A DNA stretch of 64,000 nucleotides from Spirochaetia bacterium (GTDB taxonomy: Bacteria; Spirochaetota; Spirochaetia; DSM-2461): the NCBI GenBank assembly GCA_963668315.1, contig OY764216.1, forward strand, positions 3,680,001 through 3,744,000, written 5' to 3'. The position numbers were made by a program, and so were the translations under genes. This document shows, piece by piece, positions 42,326-51,408 of this stretch. Each line of letters begins with the position of its first letter. Position 1 is the first letter of the stretch. Below the pieces are notes generated by a model, which ran no database searches, was not told where the DNA came from, and worked only from the letters and a program-made list of their open reading frames with translations.

Positions 42326-44692
42326 CTACTGAAAACTCAAAGCGGTCTGTGTACGATTCTCCTGGGCACGCTTAACGCCTAAGTCCAGAAGCTGGCTTAC
42401 ATCGATGATGAGGGAGACCGTTCCGTCTCCCAGGATGGTGGCCCCGGCGATACCGGGAGAATTGGTATATTTATCCTTGAGAGGCTTGATGACCACATCC
42501 TCCTCTCCGATAAGCGAATCGACAACCAGTCCCATCTTCTTATCACCCGAACCGACGATGACGACAAAAAGATGCTCCTTGTCCTGATCGGTATTTATCC
42601 TGAAAAGCTTATCAAGCCTTAAGAGAGAAATGACATCATTCCTCACATTGAAAACTTCGTAATTATCAATGATCTTGATATCCTTCGGCTTGATACGGTG
42701 ACTCTCGATAACCGATGTAATGGGGATGGCATAGATTTCCGTACCGACACGGACCAGGAGTCCCTGAACGATAGCGAGAGTAAGGGGAAGCTTTATGATA
42801 AACTTCGTTCCCTTCCCTATCTGGGAATCCACACTGACCGATCCGTTAAGCTTTTCGATCTCTTTCTTAACAACATCAAGCCCCACGCCCCGCCCGGAGA
42901 CGTTGGTTATTGTTTTCGCCGTGGAAAAGCCCGGTTCGAATATGAGATTGTAGATATCCGCCTCGGTCAGGGATTTGCCCGGATGGATGACGCCCCTCTC
43001 GATAGCCTTGGCTTTGATCTTATCCGGGTTGATTCCGGCACCGTCATCGGAAACTTCGATAACGATCATATTGCCTTCGTTGCTGGCTTTCAGAAGAAGT
43101 GTTCCCATCTCCTCCTTGCCGGCTTCAACTCTCTCCTGGGGATGCTCGATGCCGTGATCAAGGGAGTTCCTGATACAGTGCATGAGAGGATCCAGAAGCT
43201 GTTCCGTAACGGACTTATCGAGTTCCGTATCTTCACCCTCGATAACCAGATCGACATTCTTGTCCAGGGTCTTGCACAAGTCCCTGACAAGTCTCGGGAA
43301 GCGGGAGAAAATCTGATTAATCGGAACCATCCGGATTCTGAGAATACCTTCATGCAGATCGCCCGTATTCCTTCCCAGATTGGCGGCGGTGTTTTTGAAT
43401 GTGCCCAGGGTAAATTTCAATTTTGAATCAAAACTGTCAAAAACGGAGAAAAGATCCTCATACTGGGAAAGCAGCTCGTCTCTCACTTCGGTCGGAGTCG
43501 AACCTTTCTGCACTTTTTCCAATATCAGGGGAAGATTCTCGAAAAGGCCTTTCAGCCTCTCCTTATATTCGTTCTCCGCCGATCCCAGTTCGCTGGTTAT
43601 ATCTACAAACTGATTGCTTATCTGGTTAAAGGAGGCTTTATTAATGACCGCTTCCGATACCAGATTCAAAAGGTTATCGATCCGTTTGCTGTCTACCCTC
43701 AAAATGGCTGAGTTGGCCTTGGACTTTTTCTTGGGGCTTGCCTTTCTGGCCTGCTCTTTCTGAGCATCCTCGACCTGCTGCTGAATATCCTCTTCAACGG
43801 CCGGAACGGCAGCGCGGGTTTCCCTGACGGGAGCGGCTTCTGCTACGACCGGTTTCGGTGCAGGGGCTTTCTGGGGCTCACTGTATACTTTAATATCCTC
43901 ACCATCGAGATCAGCCACAGCCACGTCTGTCGTTACATCACTGATGGCGGCAAACCGTTTCAACTCCTCTTCCGACGAATCGGTAGCGAGAAAATACTCG
44001 ACAACGGGCCAGTACTGATCTTCGTACAGTTTTTCAAAATCGGGAACCGTCTTCAGAATAACACCCTTATCTTTCAACCGGGCGTAAACCTGAATACCGC
44101 CGACGCTGTTCATCGGATTGGCCTCATCAAAGGATACGGATATCTGAAAAACCTTCTTCTCTCCGGCTGCTTCTTTCATCTCCAGCATTTCATACTCTGA
44201 AATGGCCGTTTCCACATCGTTCAGCTCGATTTCGGGGGCAGATACAGCAGGTGCGGCTTTAGCGGCTGGTTTTGCTGACGCGGATCTGCCGCTCTCTTTT
44301 TTGAGAAAGGATTCCAGTTTATTTTCCAGCTCACTGATATCTTCGCTGAACAGATTCCCGTCCTGCCGTTCCGTAATCATACTTTTAATTGTATCAATCG
44401 AATTAAGCAATACATCAACCACATCACCTGTTATGGCTACTTTATCGCTTCGGATCTCATCGAGTAAATCCTCAACTATGTGGGTAAAACCTGCCAACTC
44501 TTCCATTTGTACAGTCGCAGAGGATCCTTTTAACGTATGGGCGGCGCGGAAAATTTCATCAATGGCTTCCTTATCGCCCGGATTATTCTCTATGGCGAGA
44601 ATATTCTGTTCAAGCAGTTCAATCTGCTGGGTCGCCTCCATGAAGAAATCATTCAGCAACTCTTCGTTATTAGGATCAAAATAATCACTCAT
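42326..44692 (-). CDS. cheA: Chemotaxis histidine kinase CheA
   Basis: IFRAAHTLKG (Hpt), DPLMHCIRNSLDHGIE, DDGAG, GFST, SGRGVGLDVV, C-terminal CheW domain; start taken at MSDYFD. Confidence 0.98.
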   Translation of the reverse strand: MSDYFDPNNEELLNDFFMEATQQIELLEQNILAIENNPGDKEAIDEIFRAAHTLKGSSATVQMEELAGFTHIVEDLLDEIRSDKVAITGDVVDVLLNSIDTIKSMITERQDGNLFSEDISELENKLESFLKKESGRSASAKPAAKAAPAVSAPEIELNDVETAISEYEMLEMKEAAGEKKVFQISVSFDEANPMNSVGGIQVYARLKDKGVILKTVPDFEKLYEDQYWPVVEYFLATDSSEEELKRFAAISDVTTDVAVADLDGEDIKVYSEPQKAPAPKPVVAEAAPVRETRAAVPAVEEDIQQQVEDAQKEQARKASPKKKSKANSAILRVDSKRIDNLLNLVSEAVINKASFNQISNQFVDITSELGSAENEYKERLKGLFENLPLILEKVQKGSTPTEVRDELLSQYEDLFSVFDSFDSKLKFTLGTFKNTAANLGRNTGDLHEGILRIRMVPINQIFSRFPRLVRDLCKTLDKNVDLVIEGEDTELDKSVTEQLLDPLMHCIRNSLDHGIEHPQERVEAGKEEMGTLLLKASNEGNMIVIEVSDDGAGINPDKIKAKAIERGVIHPGKSLTEADIYNLIFEPGFSTAKTITNVSGRGVGLDVVKKEIEKLNGSVSVDSQIGKGTKFIIKLPLTLAIVQGLLVRVGTEIYAIPITSVIESHRIKPKDIKIIDNYEVFNVRNDVISLLRLDKLFRINTDQDKEHLFVVIVGSGDKKMGLVVDSLIGEEDVVIKPLKDKYTNSPGIAGATILGDGTVSLIIDVSQLLDLGVKRAQENRTQTALSFQ

Positions 44693-44802
44693 ATAAGTAC
44701 CTGCTTTTGGATAGAATTTGCTATTCAACTAATTCTAAACAATTTTCCATCATATTGCATCCTTTTTTTTATAAAAACGATAATTTTACAGAAAAAAAAG
44801 AT

Positions 44803-44831
44803 AAAAAAATGCCCCCTTTTCAGGGGGCATT
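44803..44831 (-). terminator. Intrinsic terminator between flaA and cheA
   Basis: AATGCCCCCT-loop-AGGGGGCATT with a U-run on the minus strand. Confidence 0.85.
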
Positions 44832-44861
44832 CTAATCCGTAATTAACGGGTTAAGTAGATT

Positions 44862-45851
44862 TTATTCGGCGGTTTCCTCGTCAGCGGTGGTTGTTACGCC
44901 GTCTCCGTCAACATGCATTTTCTGCTGTTCAATGTAACGAAGGACCTGAAGATTTCCCAATCTCTTGATTTCGTTTTTGCGGCGGTCTTCTTCCCTGTCG
45001 GCAAGAATGCCCCAAACGGCTTCATCATCGATCTCTTCATCCACGTTCTCGAGGATAGCCAGGTCATAGGCTACAGAAATATCTTTGATGTAAGCAATGA
45101 AATCACCGCCTTCCATCATGGCATCTTTATAGAAATTGATGCTCTCGAAGGAAATGGACGGAGCCATTCTGGGATAAAGAGCATGCTTCTTCATTTCTCT
45201 GTTTCTTACTTCGGTAATGTAATTGGGGTTCTCCCAAACCAGCTCTTTCCAGCCCTCGAAGTTCAGATAGCCGAAGGGAATATTGATTTCCTCTTCGCTC
45301 TCGTTCTTCAGGACAACGGAAATACCCTGATCAAAGTTCATACCCTTAACATTGATGGCAACGCTTTTAATAACGCCGACATTCTTAAGAACACCGTATC
45401 CGTTGAACTGATTACCAACGCTGGCTTCAGGATCATTCGGATGAGTTGCATAGGCGGGAATTTCAAAGGGGGGTTTAACAAAACCATAGGAATTGAAACT
45501 CTGCTCGGGATAATGAATTCTTACACCCATGACAGTATCACCGGGGAAAGAGATAGCACCTTCCGGTACAGCAACTGCCTTAACATAAGAATAACGATCA
45601 TTCAAAACAGTCCGGGAAGACGAAGTAAGATCTACTTCCCAGTTCTCTATATAAAGAGAAGAAACCATCCGTGATTTTTCTTCATCAGAATAGCGTGTAC
45701 CTGCTTCACTACCGTAATCCATTATCGTAGCGGTGTTCTGGCCTGATTCATCTGCTGTAAGCATGGAAAAGTCGATAAGGATATCTTCCTTGGCAAATAC
45801 AGCAGAAGCCATTAACATAAACACTAATAGGACAACAACAAACCTCTTCAT
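44862..45851 (-). CDS. flaA: Periplasmic flagellar filament sheath protein FlaA
   Basis: Signal peptide; LIDF..L, WEV.L.SS, VMGVRIHYP, PPFEIPAY, GYGVLKNVG.IKS, L.FEGWKEL.W.NP.YI. Confidence 0.95.
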   Translation of the reverse strand: MKRFVVVLLVFMLMASAVFAKEDILIDFSMLTADESGQNTATIMDYGSEAGTRYSDEEKSRMVSSLYIENWEVDLTSSSRTVLNDRYSYVKAVAVPEGAISFPGDTVMGVRIHYPEQSFNSYGFVKPPFEIPAYATHPNDPEASVGNQFNGYGVLKNVGVIKSVAINVKGMNFDQGISVVLKNESEEEINIPFGYLNFEGWKELVWENPNYITEVRNREMKKHALYPRMAPSISFESINFYKDAMMEGGDFIAYIKDISVAYDLAILENVDEEIDDEAVWGILADREEDRRKNEIKRLGNLQVLRYIEQQKMHVDGDGVTTTADEETAE

Positions 45852-45895
45852 TAATTAGCTCCTTTCTAATTTGACGTAAAAATCTACTAATTCAA

Positions 45896-45923
45896 ATTAT
45901 ACTTACACCAAAAGGTTTGTCAA
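45896..45923 (-). promoter_or_regulatory. sigma70 promoter of flaA
   Basis: TTGACA-N16-TATAAT. Confidence 0.75.
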
Positions 45924-45967
45924 CGAATTATTTTTTTTTTTGCCCTTTTTCAAAAAAACGTGCAAGT

Positions 45968-46474
45968 CTAGGAAGAAGCCCCGCTAAATACATGAGAGTG
46001 AGGGACTTGGCCGTCCACGGTAAATTTCACATCCGCCACATCATGAAAGTTGAACATTAAATTTTTCTTCAGTATTTCAAGCATCTTATCTCCGTCCAGA
46101 GGCCGGGGAGTCTCCTCGCCAAGGGAGATTAATTCGATGGACAGGTCTATATAGAGGATATTTTTCCCGCTGTCAAAGATGAGAGAATTGATGACAACCC
46201 CCTCGGGGACCGTCTCGTTCAAGTGAAAATCATAGGGTTCAAGCAAAGCTTCCCCCAGGAGCACTTTCATGTTTTCCGACCTGTTATCCCTCACGGGGAG
46301 TATATGAAAATCACCGGCCACGTCAACGTAGTCATCCTCAGGAAAAAAGAGGATAACTCTTTTCTTCTCAGGGCCGTGAATGAGAAATATCATAAGTGAA
46401 ACAAAAAAGACCAAAAACAACAAACCTGCCGTTACCATGGGGGATGTAAGGAATACCTTTATATTTTTCATCAC
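45968..46474 (-). CDS. Membrane-anchored GerMN-like domain protein
   Basis: N-terminal TM; LFFP, LL.P, LYIDLS, V..V.FTVDG pattern. Confidence 0.65.
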   Translation of the reverse strand: MMKNIKVFLTSPMVTAGLLFLVFFVSLMIFLIHGPEKKRVILFFPEDDYVDVAGDFHILPVRDNRSENMKVLLGEALLEPYDFHLNETVPEGVVINSLIFDSGKNILYIDLSIELISLGEETPRPLDGDKMLEILKKNLMFNFHDVADVKFTVDGQVPHSHVFSGASS

Positions 46475-46475
46475 T

Positions 46476-48023
46476 CTATTTCTCCTTGATGCTGTCCAGA
46501 AGCCAGCGGGCGCCCTGTACGGAACCTCTTAATATTGCCTGCCAGAAGTAAAGAGAAAACCGGCTGTCTTTACCTTTGGGAATCTCGTACTCTTTAATGA
46601 CGGTTTTAGCGGCCTCCGAGAGAGTCCGTCCCTGCCAGTCGGTCAGCTCTTCCGTCAGGAGGGATTTCAAGGGAAGAACACCCTCTATTCCCGTAAAGGG
46701 GATATTCAGGAAGTCCGGATCACCCCACTCCTTCTTCATATCTTCAAGGGCCTTTTCTTCGTAGGGAAAAGCGGAAGGAGGGAAATCACCGGTTCCGTTC
46801 AGAAAACGGGCCGTGTCTTCATTCCCCGTTTCCAGTCTTATGACAATGGAACGGGCTGCCCTCTCGGCGGCGCCTATGGCTTTGCCCCTGTCCTTTCCGC
46901 AGGAAATCACATTGCCTACCTTCTCCACATTATTACGGGGAAAATCGACGGTGTCCCCCTCATCCTTCAGGATAAAGATATCCTTGACAAGCTGCATATT
47001 ATGGGCGGTTTCCAGATTGTCCAGCGAAGCGATCCTGCCGGGAATGGAAATGAATGCCCGCTCGGCGGAAACCCGGTCTTCTTCTTTTTCTTCAAAGCGG
47101 GGTTTCTCCCCGACGCACAGCAGGAGGGCGTTTCTGACGGCGCTTCGACCGGCACTGTACGGATAGGTCCATCCAGACATGAATCCGCCGGAAAGCCGGG
47201 CGGCAATCTCACCAATCCAGGCTTTGCCCCGGGAGAACTTAATATCCCCCTTGGCGGCGCCGTTATTGATTCCCAGCGCTTTGATTCCCGCCGTAAAGGT
47301 CTCGATAACTGCCGCTTTCATCCCTTCATCCGTTTCGGTGGGCATGGTATGCCCCATTTCGATGAAATAGGGAGGGAAAAAGATATGCCTGTCGGCCATG
47401 CCGTAGATTTCCACCTCCCCGTCGCAGACAAGGCTGTCCAGACTGAATTCGGGCCCTTCCAGATACTCTTCCACGATGGCCCTCTGGGTCCGTGAAAAAG
47501 CGATGGCCTTTGTCAGACCGTCGATCAGCTCCGCCTCGTTATCCACCCGGCGGACACCGCGGGCGCCCATATTATCAACCGGTTTGACGACCAGGGGAAA
47601 ATCCAGAGTTTCCAGAGGGGTCAGAGGACCCATTTCGGGAGACATCTCCACGAACCGGGGCGAAGAGACGCCGGCCTCTTCAAACCGCGCCCGCATTCTC
47701 ACTTTATCGGAGGCGTCAAGGGCGGTCTGATAGCCGATTCCGGGAAGTCCGGTCTTTTCGGCGACCCAGGCCACGGAGGGTGAGAAATCGGTTCCCACCG
47801 TCATGACCCCGTCCAATCCGTATTTTTCTTTATAGGCTTGCGCCGCTTCGGCTAGCCCCACCCGATCCTTCAGGTCGATAGGAAGAAAATGGTCACAGAG
47901 ATTAACGGCGGGGGCATCTTTGTTCCCGTCTACGCAAAAAGTCTTCCAACCCAATTCCCGGGCTATTTCCAGGGCGGGGATCTGCATAATTCCCGCTCCC
48001 AATATCATTACATGCTTCATCAA
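46476..48023 (-). CDS. ATP-grasp (carboxylate-amine ligase) protein
   Basis: ILGAG..Q, DKVRMR, FPLVVKPVDNMGARGV, IVEEYLEGPEFS, GEIAARLSG. Confidence 0.92.
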   Translation of the reverse strand: MMKHVMILGAGIMQIPALEIARELGWKTFCVDGNKDAPAVNLCDHFLPIDLKDRVGLAEAAQAYKEKYGLDGVMTVGTDFSPSVAWVAEKTGLPGIGYQTALDASDKVRMRARFEEAGVSSPRFVEMSPEMGPLTPLETLDFPLVVKPVDNMGARGVRRVDNEAELIDGLTKAIAFSRTQRAIVEEYLEGPEFSLDSLVCDGEVEIYGMADRHIFFPPYFIEMGHTMPTETDEGMKAAVIETFTAGIKALGINNGAAKGDIKFSRGKAWIGEIAARLSGGFMSGWTYPYSAGRSAVRNALLLCVGEKPRFEEKEEDRVSAERAFISIPGRIASLDNLETAHNMQLVKDIFILKDEGDTVDFPRNNVEKVGNVISCGKDRGKAIGAAERAARSIVIRLETGNEDTARFLNGTGDFPPSAFPYEEKALEDMKKEWGDPDFLNIPFTGIEGVLPLKSLLTEELTDWQGRTLSEAAKTVIKEYEIPKGKDSRFSLYFWQAILRGSVQGARWLLDSIKEK

Positions 48024-48032
48024 GAAGGCTCC

Positions 48033-49781
48033 TTACTCGGTCGATTTGACGGCATACACTTCCAGGCTGTCTCCCAATGAGAACAATCGGCTCATCAGCA
48101 AAATCACATTATAGGAAAAAGATCCTTTTTTTCCAACCCATCGACCGAACCGTTCAGGATGATGACCCACGCTTTTTATCCGAATATGGGTAAAACCGGA
48201 TTTTTTCAGAAGGCGCCGGGCGCCCCGCGGCGTATAAATAACGTAGTGATCTCCGGGACTTTTTTCCAGAAAGGCGGCAAGATCCCTCCTGGCGGAGATG
48301 CCCGAACCGGAGGGCGTACCGAAAGCAAGGACGCCTCCCGCGCGAAGGGAGAGAGAAAGTTCCGCCAGGAGTTCTTTCTGGTTCTGTATATGCTCTATGA
48401 CATACCAGAGGGTTGTCACATTCCCGGGCCGGGCCTGTAATTCTTCCGCTACAGCCCTATCCTGCAGGGAGCCCCGAATGACCGGGATGGCCAGGTGTTC
48501 TTCAATCCAGGCCGCCCCGTCTTCATTAATCTCCACGCCGCGGCATTGAAAACCCTTTTCCGATGCCGAGGCCAGAAAGGGGCCGAAGGCACAGCCGAGA
48601 TCGGTAAGGAGAAGCCCCTCAATCTCTTCTTTACACTTCACCGACAGGGAGCGGCAGATCCGCGCGATCCTTCCCGCCCCCATGGTCTTTATGTTCTCAA
48701 AATCCTCAAGGTAGGTCTTCCCGTACTGGGCTTTATAGCGGCCGAAAAAATACTCCCGGTCATACTCCTCTTCTTCCCGGTTCCAGTTGACCAGATAATA
48801 ATTGCCGCATTCTGAGCAACGGTAAAAACTTCTGTTCCCGAAACGGACGAGAACGGGATTGGCTTCGCGGGAGCAGAGAGGGCATTCGGCCCGGGGAGCC
48901 GTACCGAGGGAATCAAGCAGATCATACAGAAAGGGAGCCCTGCCCCCGGAGCCGGCGGAGTCAAAGGGACCTCTCTCAATAAGTTCCGCCACTTTCCCGG
49001 CGGATTCAGCCCCGACACCGGCAGAAAGAAAGCCGGCACTCCGGGAGAGTTTCTCATGATAGGCTGTGGGATTGAGAAGAATGACACGGCAGCCGGCCTC
49101 GCGGGCTTCATAGGATGTCAGTCCGAAGGATGTAATGACAGTTTCATAGCTCTCGTAAAGATCATCGAGCGATTCGGGCGCTTTGTACAGGGTCACCGAG
49201 TCGGGAAGGGAGAGATCTCGGCATAGAGGCCCCTGGACGACGCCAATTTTTCTCTTCTCCCCCCCCGGCGACAGAATGCTTTCCAGGGCGGGAGCGGTCA
49301 GGCCGGCAGGGTCCTCTCCGCCGAAGGTAATGAGCAGAGAGCCTCCGGTCCGTTTTCTTCCGGTCATATCCCGTGAAATCGACCTGAAAAGAGGATTCGC
49401 CGCAGCATTGGCTTTTTCTTTTGAGAGGGAGGGAAAAGTATCTATGAGGAAGGAGGAATATCTTCGCGATTCCCCCCCCTCATCAAGGGAGATGACGGGA
49501 GCCAGCTTATCCCACCTGAGCCACTCAGACAACGAAGTCTCCCTATTATCCATGAGGATTCTGTCCGGAACGGGATGGATATCTGCGAAATCGGTATGAA
49601 TCGTATAATCGGCCAGAGAGGGAAAACGCCTCTTCAGTTCATCGGCTTCATCCGGGGTCGTATCGAGATAAAAACGGCAGGTCTGCCCTTTTCCCCTAAG
49701 CTGCCCGGCAAGATAGAGACAGCGCTTTAAATGGCCCGTTCCGTTTTTTTTCTTTACAGAGGGGATAATGAGGGTTGTCAA
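48033..49781 (-). CDS. PseG/SpsG-like GT-B domain fused to a Zn-ribbon and class I SAM methyltransferase
   Basis: NGTGHLKRC, LITFGGED, ITSFGLT.YEA; then CPLC...CSECG, DLGCAFGPFL, WYVIEH, GG.LAFGTP. Confidence 0.82.
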   Translation of the reverse strand: MTTLIIPSVKKKNGTGHLKRCLYLAGQLRGKGQTCRFYLDTTPDEADELKRRFPSLADYTIHTDFADIHPVPDRILMDNRETSLSEWLRWDKLAPVISLDEGGESRRYSSFLIDTFPSLSKEKANAAANPLFRSISRDMTGRKRTGGSLLITFGGEDPAGLTAPALESILSPGGEKRKIGVVQGPLCRDLSLPDSVTLYKAPESLDDLYESYETVITSFGLTSYEAREAGCRVILLNPTAYHEKLSRSAGFLSAGVGAESAGKVAELIERGPFDSAGSGGRAPFLYDLLDSLGTAPRAECPLCSREANPVLVRFGNRSFYRCSECGNYYLVNWNREEEEYDREYFFGRYKAQYGKTYLEDFENIKTMGAGRIARICRSLSVKCKEEIEGLLLTDLGCAFGPFLASASEKGFQCRGVEINEDGAAWIEEHLAIPVIRGSLQDRAVAEELQARPGNVTTLWYVIEHIQNQKELLAELSLSLRAGGVLAFGTPSGSGISARRDLAAFLEKSPGDHYVIYTPRGARRLLKKSGFTHIRIKSVGHHPERFGRWVGKKGSFSYNVILLMSRLFSLGDSLEVYAVKSTE

Positions 49782-50452
49782 AGGCTGATATTCCTCCTGA
49801 GCCAGTCGACCAGTATATCCACTTCCAGGGGAAAGGCCCCTCCCGTGTCCCTGAGGATTGTCTCTGCCAGAGCCAGATCTTCCGCCGTGTCCACGGAGAT
49901 TTTTTCCCGGCCGAAGCCGTACTCGCCGCTGATATCGGGCCGGTTGATAACAAAACGATCGGGATGATTATAAAGATAGGGAGCCACATGCTCATGATCA
50001 AAGGCTTTATCCGTTTCCTCATCGGCCCTGATCAATGCTTCCGTCCTGAGAATTTCCACTCCCGTTCCCAGGGGCATGCCCACATAGCCGCTGTAATCGG
50101 CATTTTTACGCAGATGATCTTCCAGAAGGCGGTTGGCCAGCAGGGCGGAGACAAAGGGATTATCCCCGGTGGCCCGGATAATCTGATCGGCCCCGTAGAA
50201 TGCGGCTGCCTTGAGAAAACGGGCCAGGACATCCTCCTTGGGACCGGTAAACAACTCGAATCCCTGTCTCTGCGCCAAAGGGGCCAGTTCTTCGGCGGAA
50301 TCCTCCGTTGTCAGAAGAACCCGGGGAGCAGCCTGAACGGGAAGAAGGGCCTCCATGACTCTTTCAATCAACGGAATCCCCCCCAGCGGTTTCAGGGCTT
50401 TCCGGGGAAGACGGGTGGAATCGAGGCGGCACTGGAGAAAAAGAGCCGTCAT
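49778..50452 (-). CDS. SpsF-like cytidylyltransferase (NTP transferase)
   Basis: QCRLDSTRLPRKAL, G..EDVL.RF, RATGDNP, EHV.PY, SVDT.ED. Confidence 0.9.
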   Translation of the reverse strand: MTALFLQCRLDSTRLPRKALKPLGGIPLIERVMEALLPVQAAPRVLLTTEDSAEELAPLAQRQGFELFTGPKEDVLARFLKAAAFYGADQIIRATGDNPFVSALLANRLLEDHLRKNADYSGYVGMPLGTGVEILRTEALIRADEETDKAFDHEHVAPYLYNHPDRFVINRPDISGEYGFGREKISVDTAEDLALAETILRDTGGAFPLEVDILVDWLRRNISL

Positions 50453-51408
50453 GGACAATTCCAGTTTTTCAAAAGGGAATGGACATCCCGTTTAAACCGA
50501 TTTCTGTTCTGTCTGACCCATGTACGGATCTGGCAGAACTCCCTGTAGGTCTCCACCCCGTTTCCCCGGCTCTTGGCAAGCAGTGAAAAGAGACGGTAAC
50601 CGGGGAGACGTCCGTGTCCGTGTTTAACAACGATGGCCATGGTCTTCATGAAAAAATGCCCGTAATCCCTGTCCGTCGTGATATCCAGGGCGGGGCTTTC
50701 TCCCTGATAGGAAATTTTCAGAGCTTCCTGAAAGGGGATGGTATCCCCCCAGAGGGCCACACGGAACCCCAGATCCATCAGCTGCCAGTAGGGATTGCTG
50801 ATTTTGCTGTCGAAACCGCCCAGGGAGATGAATTTTTCCCTGTGGTAGATGCCGCAGTAATCGGCGGGGAAAAGGGTATGGCACCCTTCCGTATCATTAT
50901 GAAAAATGACGTCCACATCCCTGAGGCCGTTGCGCACGGGGGCAGAACAGGTGGGAAGGATTTTTTCCTCTTCCGTGAAAACGGGAACGGTACAGAAATT
51001 ATTCCGTTCATCGATCTTCTCAAATACCCGGGAAGAAACTTTTCCCGAATGAAGGATCATATCGCTCCACAGGACGAAAACGAATTTCCCCGAAGCTTCT
51101 TTTATACCTATGTTGATGATATCTCCGGGAGTGACGCCGCCCTTTATCCTCAGGATATGATCCCCCGCCCCGGCCGGGCTGACTCCGTCGGGTTTAACGG
51201 AGCTATCACCGTTTTCCACGGAGATGATCTCACGGCAGTTCAGCTTACCCAGTTCACCGAGCAGTTCCTTGCGGAAGGGTTTCCCTCCGCGGGGAAGAAG
51301 GAGGATGGAAAAACCCTCCGGTTCCATGGGGCGGCTGGTCTTCTCCGGTCCCCCGATGAGGGTATATTCAATATCGTTTCGTTCAAAAGTTATAGGTGTA
51401 GTATTCAT
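50449..51408 (-). CDS. Glycosyltransferase family 2-like protein
   Basis: INIGIKEA.GKFVFVLWSD, F..LGGFD..I, DLGFR; start MNTTPI overlaps the upstream gene. Confidence 0.75.
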   Translation of the reverse strand: MNTTPITFERNDIEYTLIGGPEKTSRPMEPEGFSILLLPRGGKPFRKELLGELGKLNCREIISVENGDSSVKPDGVSPAGAGDHILRIKGGVTPGDIINIGIKEASGKFVFVLWSDMILHSGKVSSRVFEKIDERNNFCTVPVFTEEEKILPTCSAPVRNGLRDVDVIFHNDTEGCHTLFPADYCGIYHREKFISLGGFDSKISNPYWQLMDLGFRVALWGDTIPFQEALKISYQGESPALDITTDRDYGHFFMKTMAIVVKHGHGRLPGYRLFSLLAKSRGNGVETYREFCQIRTWVRQNRNRFKRDVHSLLKNWNCP

